The translations under genes were made by a program, and so were the position numbers. 10,517 nt of DNA, taken from the NCBI GenBank assembly GCA_034723415.1, contig JAYEOX010000131.1, forward strand, positions 700-11,216, written 5' to 3'. Below, one piece after another: positions 6,835-10,517 of this stretch. Within the stretch, counting starts at the first letter, position 1, and every line of letters starts with the position of its first letter. Under the pieces are notes generated by a model. The model did not search any database, had not been told where the DNA came from, and worked only from the letters and a program-made list of their open reading frames with translations. The DNA is from Fidelibacterota bacterium (lineage in GTDB: Bacteria > Fidelibacterota > Fidelibacteria > Fidelibacterales > Fidelibacteraceae).

Positions 6835-9800
6835 ATGAAATTATTAATCAATATTACAATTGTTATTTTCTTATTTTTTGTTTTGCCAGAATATTGTTTT
6901 TATAAAACTGATTCTGATAATACTAATTATATATTTAATGATATAAAAAAAATAGAATATGATTCTATTGACAATCAATTTAGCAGTATTTCTTATATTT
7001 ATGATAATAAGCAAATTGGGACTGATTTTGATAATGTAGATAGTATATTAAATGATATTAGAAAAGTAGAACATGATTCTATTAACAATCAATTTAGCAG
7101 GATTTCTTATATTTATGATAATAAGCAAATTGGGACTGATTTTGATAATGTAGATAGTATATTAAATGATATTAGAAAAGTAGAACATGATTCTATTGAC
7201 AATCAATTTGACAGCATTCTTTATTTATATGATAATAAACAAATTGGGACTGATTCAATATTTACTCACCCATTAAAAATATTGAATATGGATACCACTA
7301 ATGTAACAAGTTTAGATACTGTTATGCAAGAGAAACAAAAATTGGGTCCTAAAAGTTTTCCGAAAGGTAATATAAAAATTATTGTCAATAATAAAAAAAA
7401 AAATAGAACAAGCCCCGGAAAAATAATTACTTTTCCAATTAAAATAATTAATAAAAGTAATTATAAAGCTACTTATATAAATAATGTTAAATTACCAAAT
7501 AATTGGAGAATTCTCTCTAAAGCAAAAAAAATTATTTTTAATAAGCAGTCCGAAACTTTAGAATTAGTTAGCGTTTTTATTCCAGGGGCTACATTAGCGG
7601 GTAAATATAATATTGAATATTCACTTATAAATAAATATAATCCGAATGAAAAGAAAAATATAGTAAACATACCCGTTGTTGTTTTACCTGTAATTGACTT
7701 GAGTGTAAATCCAATGAATATAAGATATACAAGCGTTATTGCAGGGGAACCATATAAAGTAGATTTTATAGTTAGTAATAAAAGTAATAAATTAAATAAA
7801 ATAAAGATACTACTTCAATCTGATTTGGGATATAATGTGAACCCAAAAATACAGGAAATAAATTTTCAACCAAATGAAAAGAAAATTATTCAGGCAATTG
7901 TTAAAACAGAGAAAGATATTGAAAAAAAGATTTTTGATAATACAATAATTAATTGTAATATTATTGGGAAACCGAATGTACGGGCAACAGCTAATTATAA
8001 AGTTCAAATTATTCCACGAACTCATGGTGCAGGCGAGAAATTTGTAAAAATTCCTATTAGATTGAAAAATACTTATGTAAGCAAATATGAAGATAAATAT
8101 GAACATGGATTGCTAACTGAATTATCAGGCAATTTTACTATTGGAGAAAATAGAACTAATGTTAATTTTATATTTATGAAACCCAATATTGCGGGTGGAT
8201 CAATAATTAAACAACAAGGAAGGTATTATGTTAGTATAAAATCCAACAATTTTTATTTGAATTTAGGAGATAGAAATTATTCTTTGTCTCCTCTTACATC
8301 AACTTCTTTATATGGTACTGGAATTGAATCAAGTTTTAAGTTTGGAAAGTTTGAGTTAGGTAGTTGGTATTATCATAAGAATAAATATAATAATCAGGAT
8401 AGTAATATTAAAAGATATGCAAGCTATCTGAAATATCATTTCCATGGAAACGAGAATATAGGGGTTAACTATTTTAAAAATGAACAATATGGCAGAAATG
8501 GAAATATTATTAGTTTTAATACCCATTTGAATCCATTTAATAAGAAAACATTTGTTAATATGGAATATGCAATTAATAATCAGGATAGCAGTTATCAAGA
8601 TGCTTATTTATTTGAGTCAAGAGGGTTTTATGATCGTTGGAATTATTCTTTTAAATTTATTCAATCCGACCCATTATTTAGAGGATACAATAATGATAAA
8701 GAATATCTCAGTGGAAATATTAACTTGAAAATATCAAACAATTGGAGAATATTCGCGAGTTTGCATAGTGGTAAGTATAATAGCGAATTTAGCGTCGATG
8801 AAATGCATTCTTATTTATCAGATTACTATAATGTAGGATTTAAATTTCTTAAATCTAAATTTCGTGCAGGTATAAATTATAATTATTTTGAGAGAGAAGA
8901 TAGAACTCTTGGATCAGAGTATCATCAGGTTGAAAATAGAGTTAATTTTATTTTTAGCCAGCAGTTTAAAAAATTTAATTATAATATTTTTACGAATCAT
9001 GGAATTGGGGAAAATTTACTTTCAGGAGTAGAATCATCTTTTAATAGATATGAACTTCGTTTTGGTTATAAGCATTCATCAAAACAATCTTATAATTTTA
9101 ATATATCCTATAATGGATATGATTATAGAAGTGGAGCATTAATAAAAAAATATGTAAACGCCGGTTTAAATGTAAGATATAAATTATTCAAGAACTTAAA
9201 GGGAGAAGCATATTATAACATGTTTCATTATTTAAATGATATAAATTCCGGTTATAATAGCTTTAATGTTAGATTAACTCAGAAATTATTTAATGGTTAT
9301 GTTTCACTTCAAACTAAACATTATTTGTACAATGATCCAGAGCAGTCAACTATACATGAAATGTTTTTAGAATATAGTTTACCAATTAACGCACCAATTT
9401 GGAAGAAAAAAAATGTCGGTCAAGTTTATGGAAATATTATTAATGCTGAAACCGGTGAACCATATAAAGATATTATAGTAAACATTGTTGATTTATTCTC
9501 AGTTACAAATGAAAAAGGGGAATATCGTTTCAAATATTTGGAAGCTGGAAAACATATTCTAAATATTAATGCTTCAAAATTAGATGCCAACTTAATACCA
9601 CTTAATCAGGGTCCACTTATTATTAATGTCAGTAGCGGTGAGAAAAAAAGATTAGATATACAGCTTACGAAAACCAAAACTTTTATTGGTAAAGTGGCTG
9701 TTTACAAAGAAAAAGAAGTAGGTTTATTAACGAAATCACAAAAAAAAGAATATGTTTTTGATTATGGTTTGGAAAATGCGATTGTTGAATTGAGAAAAGA

Positions 9801-10038
9801 AGATAGAAAAGAACAGGTAATTTCAGGTTTACAAGGAAATTTTAGATTCTCAGAATTAATACCGGGTAAATGGAAATTATCAGTATTAGAAGAAGATATT
9901 CCCGAAGGATATTTTGTTAAAAAAGATAATTATGAAATTTATATTAAACCAAATGAAAAAACGAAGAGTTTTGAGATTAAGATATTGCCCAAAAGGCGAA
10001 AGATTCACATGATGGAGGAAGGTGGTGAAGTTAAATAG
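6835..10038 (+). CDS. Usher-like outer-membrane protein: signal, 38-aa repeats, two COG1470/NEW3-like Ig domains, large beta-barrel, two C-terminal carboxypeptidase-regulatory/SdrD-B-like domains
   Basis: Ig motifs PGKIITFPIKIINKSN..LPNNW..IPGATLAGKYNI and AGEPYKVDFIVSNKSN. Y/F/N-rich amphipathic strands at ~8050-9390, including LGDRNYSLSPLT..GTGIE. Then GQVYGNII..TNEKGEYRFKYLEAGKHILNI and GNFRFSELIPGKWKLSV..IPEGY. Confidence 0.7.
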   Translation: MKLLINITIVIFLFFVLPEYCFYKTDSDNTNYIFNDIKKIEYDSIDNQFSSISYIYDNKQIGTDFDNVDSILNDIRKVEHDSINNQFSRISYIYDNKQIGTDFDNVDSILNDIRKVEHDSIDNQFDSILYLYDNKQIGTDSIFTHPLKILNMDTTNVTSLDTVMQEKQKLGPKSFPKGNIKIIVNNKKKNRTSPGKIITFPIKIINKSNYKATYINNVKLPNNWRILSKAKKIIFNKQSETLELVSVFIPGATLAGKYNIEYSLINKYNPNEKKNIVNIPVVVLPVIDLSVNPMNIRYTSVIAGEPYKVDFIVSNKSNKLNKIKILLQSDLGYNVNPKIQEINFQPNEKKIIQAIVKTEKDIEKKIFDNTIINCNIIGKPNVRATANYKVQIIPRTHGAGEKFVKIPIRLKNTYVSKYEDKYEHGLLTELSGNFTIGENRTNVNFIFMKPNIAGGSIIKQQGRYYVSIKSNNFYLNLGDRNYSLSPLTSTSLYGTGIESSFKFGKFELGSWYYHKNKYNNQDSNIKRYASYLKYHFHGNENIGVNYFKNEQYGRNGNIISFNTHLNPFNKKTFVNMEYAINNQDSSYQDAYLFESRGFYDRWNYSFKFIQSDPLFRGYNNDKEYLSGNINLKISNNWRIFASLHSGKYNSEFSVDEMHSYLSDYYNVGFKFLKSKFRAGINYNYFEREDRTLGSEYHQVENRVNFIFSQQFKKFNYNIFTNHGIGENLLSGVESSFNRYELRFGYKHSSKQSYNFNISYNGYDYRSGALIKKYVNAGLNVRYKLFKNLKGEAYYNMFHYLNDINSGYNSFNVRLTQKLFNGYVSLQTKHYLYNDPEQSTIHEMFLEYSLPINAPIWKKKNVGQVYGNIINAETGEPYKDIIVNIVDLFSVTNEKGEYRFKYLEAGKHILNINASKLDANLIPLNQGPLIINVSSGEKKRLDIQLTKTKTFIGKVAVYKEKEVGLLTKSQKKEYVFDYGLENAIVELRKEDRKEQVISGLQGNFRFSELIPGKWKLSVLEEDIPEGYFVKKDNYEIYIKPNEKTKSFEIKILPKRRKIHMMEEGGEVK
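6907..7255 (+). repeat. In-frame tandem repeat, 3 x 114 bp (38 aa), in the N-terminus of the usher-like gene
   Basis: Units start at 6907, 7021 and 7135 (actgatt[c/t]tgataat...gataataa[g/a]caaattggg), with a partial unit at 7249-7255. Unit approximates TDFDNVDSILNDIRKVEHDSINNQFSRISYIYDNKQIG. Confidence 0.93.
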
Positions 10039-10083
10039 TTATTAATTAAAATAAGAAAATACCTATTTTGTAAATTATTTATC

Positions 10084-10116
10084 AAAAAAAAGACCTGTAA
10101 TTTAAACAGGTCTTTT
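10084..10116. terminator. Bidirectional intrinsic terminator between convergent genes
   Basis: AAAAGACCTGT(10088-10098) / ACAGGTCTTTT(10106-10116) perfect stem with a 7-nt loop; A8 on the left and T4 on the right. Confidence 0.85.
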
Positions 10117-10135
10117 AATTCGTATGGGAATTTTG

Positions 10136-10330
10136 TTACTTTAAATTATAATAAGTAATGTTGCCTTTTTTTGTAACATCTAATTTATCTTCTTTTGATA
10201 GCCATCCAAGAGCCATTAAAATTTGATCTTTCTTTTCAGATGTTTTCTTTGTTAATCCGGTAACAGTCATTTTACCATTACTACTTAACATTTTCCATAC
10301 TTTGCCAGCAATTGTCCCGATATTTTTCAT
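10136..10330 (-). CDS. Small winged helix-turn-helix protein, DUF2582-like (64 aa)
   Basis: MKNIGTIAGKVWKML...ILMALGWLSKEDKL matches the IGxxAGxVW / A(I/L)GWLxxExK pattern. AAGGAG SD (minus strand, 10335-10340) supports the start at 10330 rather than 10366. Confidence 0.85.
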   Translation of the reverse strand: MKNIGTIAGKVWKMLSSNGKMTVTGLTKKTSEKKDQILMALGWLSKEDKLDVTKKGNITYYNLK

Positions 10331-10454
10331 TTTTCTCCTTTCAATTTTATGCAAAATATAGAACACAAAAATTCAATATGCAAACAAAAATATTAGAAAT
10401 TTGAAATCAGAAATTTGGAATAAAGCGCGGATAATGCGGATTAGGAGGATACAC

Positions 10455-10517
10455 ATGGAGAAGAATGGAATTGGATTTGGAATTCGAAATTTGATTCGAA
10501 ATTTATTTAAAATTCAT
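10455..10517 (+). CDS. Possible 5' start of an ORF running off the window (MEKNGIGFGIRNLIRNLFKIH...)
   Basis: AGGAGG at 10443-10448, 6 nt before ATG 10455; frame open for 21 codons. The sequence is low-complexity, so the ORF may be spurious. Confidence 0.25.
   Translation, partial: MEKNGIGFGIRNLIRNLFKIH

Noticed and set aside
6835..6900. Lipoprotein signal in the usher-like protein (Cys21)
   Set aside because: PEYC does not fit the lipobox [LVI][ASTVI][GAS]C.
6907..7255. CRISPR array or DGR template/variable repeat
   Set aside because: Units are contiguous 114-bp in-frame coding repeats with no unique spacers. Differences are not adenine-specific, and no cas or reverse transcriptase gene is present.
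134..8598. Minus-strand ORFs 134-331, 2699-2950, 4531-4734, 6660-6851, 7473-7670, 7810-8106 and 8356-8598
   Set aside because: Short I/F/L-rich shadows of well-supported + strand genes, with no recognisable motifs.
10345..10390. Sigma54 promoter for the wHTH gene (two minus-strand TTGCA)
   Set aside because: No GG at the required -24 spacing.

Overview
Very AT-rich bacterial DNA. T9SS-type CTD/YPNPFN cargo, AGGAG Shine-Dalgarno sites, a sigma54 promoter and a DUF2582 gene suggest an FCB-group lineage outside Bacteroidia, such as Marinimicrobia, Cloacimonadota or Calditrichota (inference). Almost the whole window is one + strand cell-surface locus that looks like a non-canonical chaperone-usher/WxL-like fimbrial system. 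In order it contains: tandem near-identical pilin-like genes (1-137 is the 3' end of a copy of 171-665); an intrinsic terminator; twin TGT-N12-ACA enhancer-like palindromes and a perfect sigma54 -24/-12 promoter; a single-domain response regulator; a 1135-aa non-catalytic multi-domain adhesin with a T9SS-type C-terminal sorting domain; a cohesin-like plus pilin-like two-domain protein (candidate tip subunit); a two-Ig-domain chaperone-like protein; and a 1067-aa usher-like outer-membrane protein with a 3 x 38-aa N-terminal repeat. A bidirectional terminator and a convergent small winged-helix (DUF2582-like) gene close the locus. All family calls come from motif recognition by eye, not from database searches.
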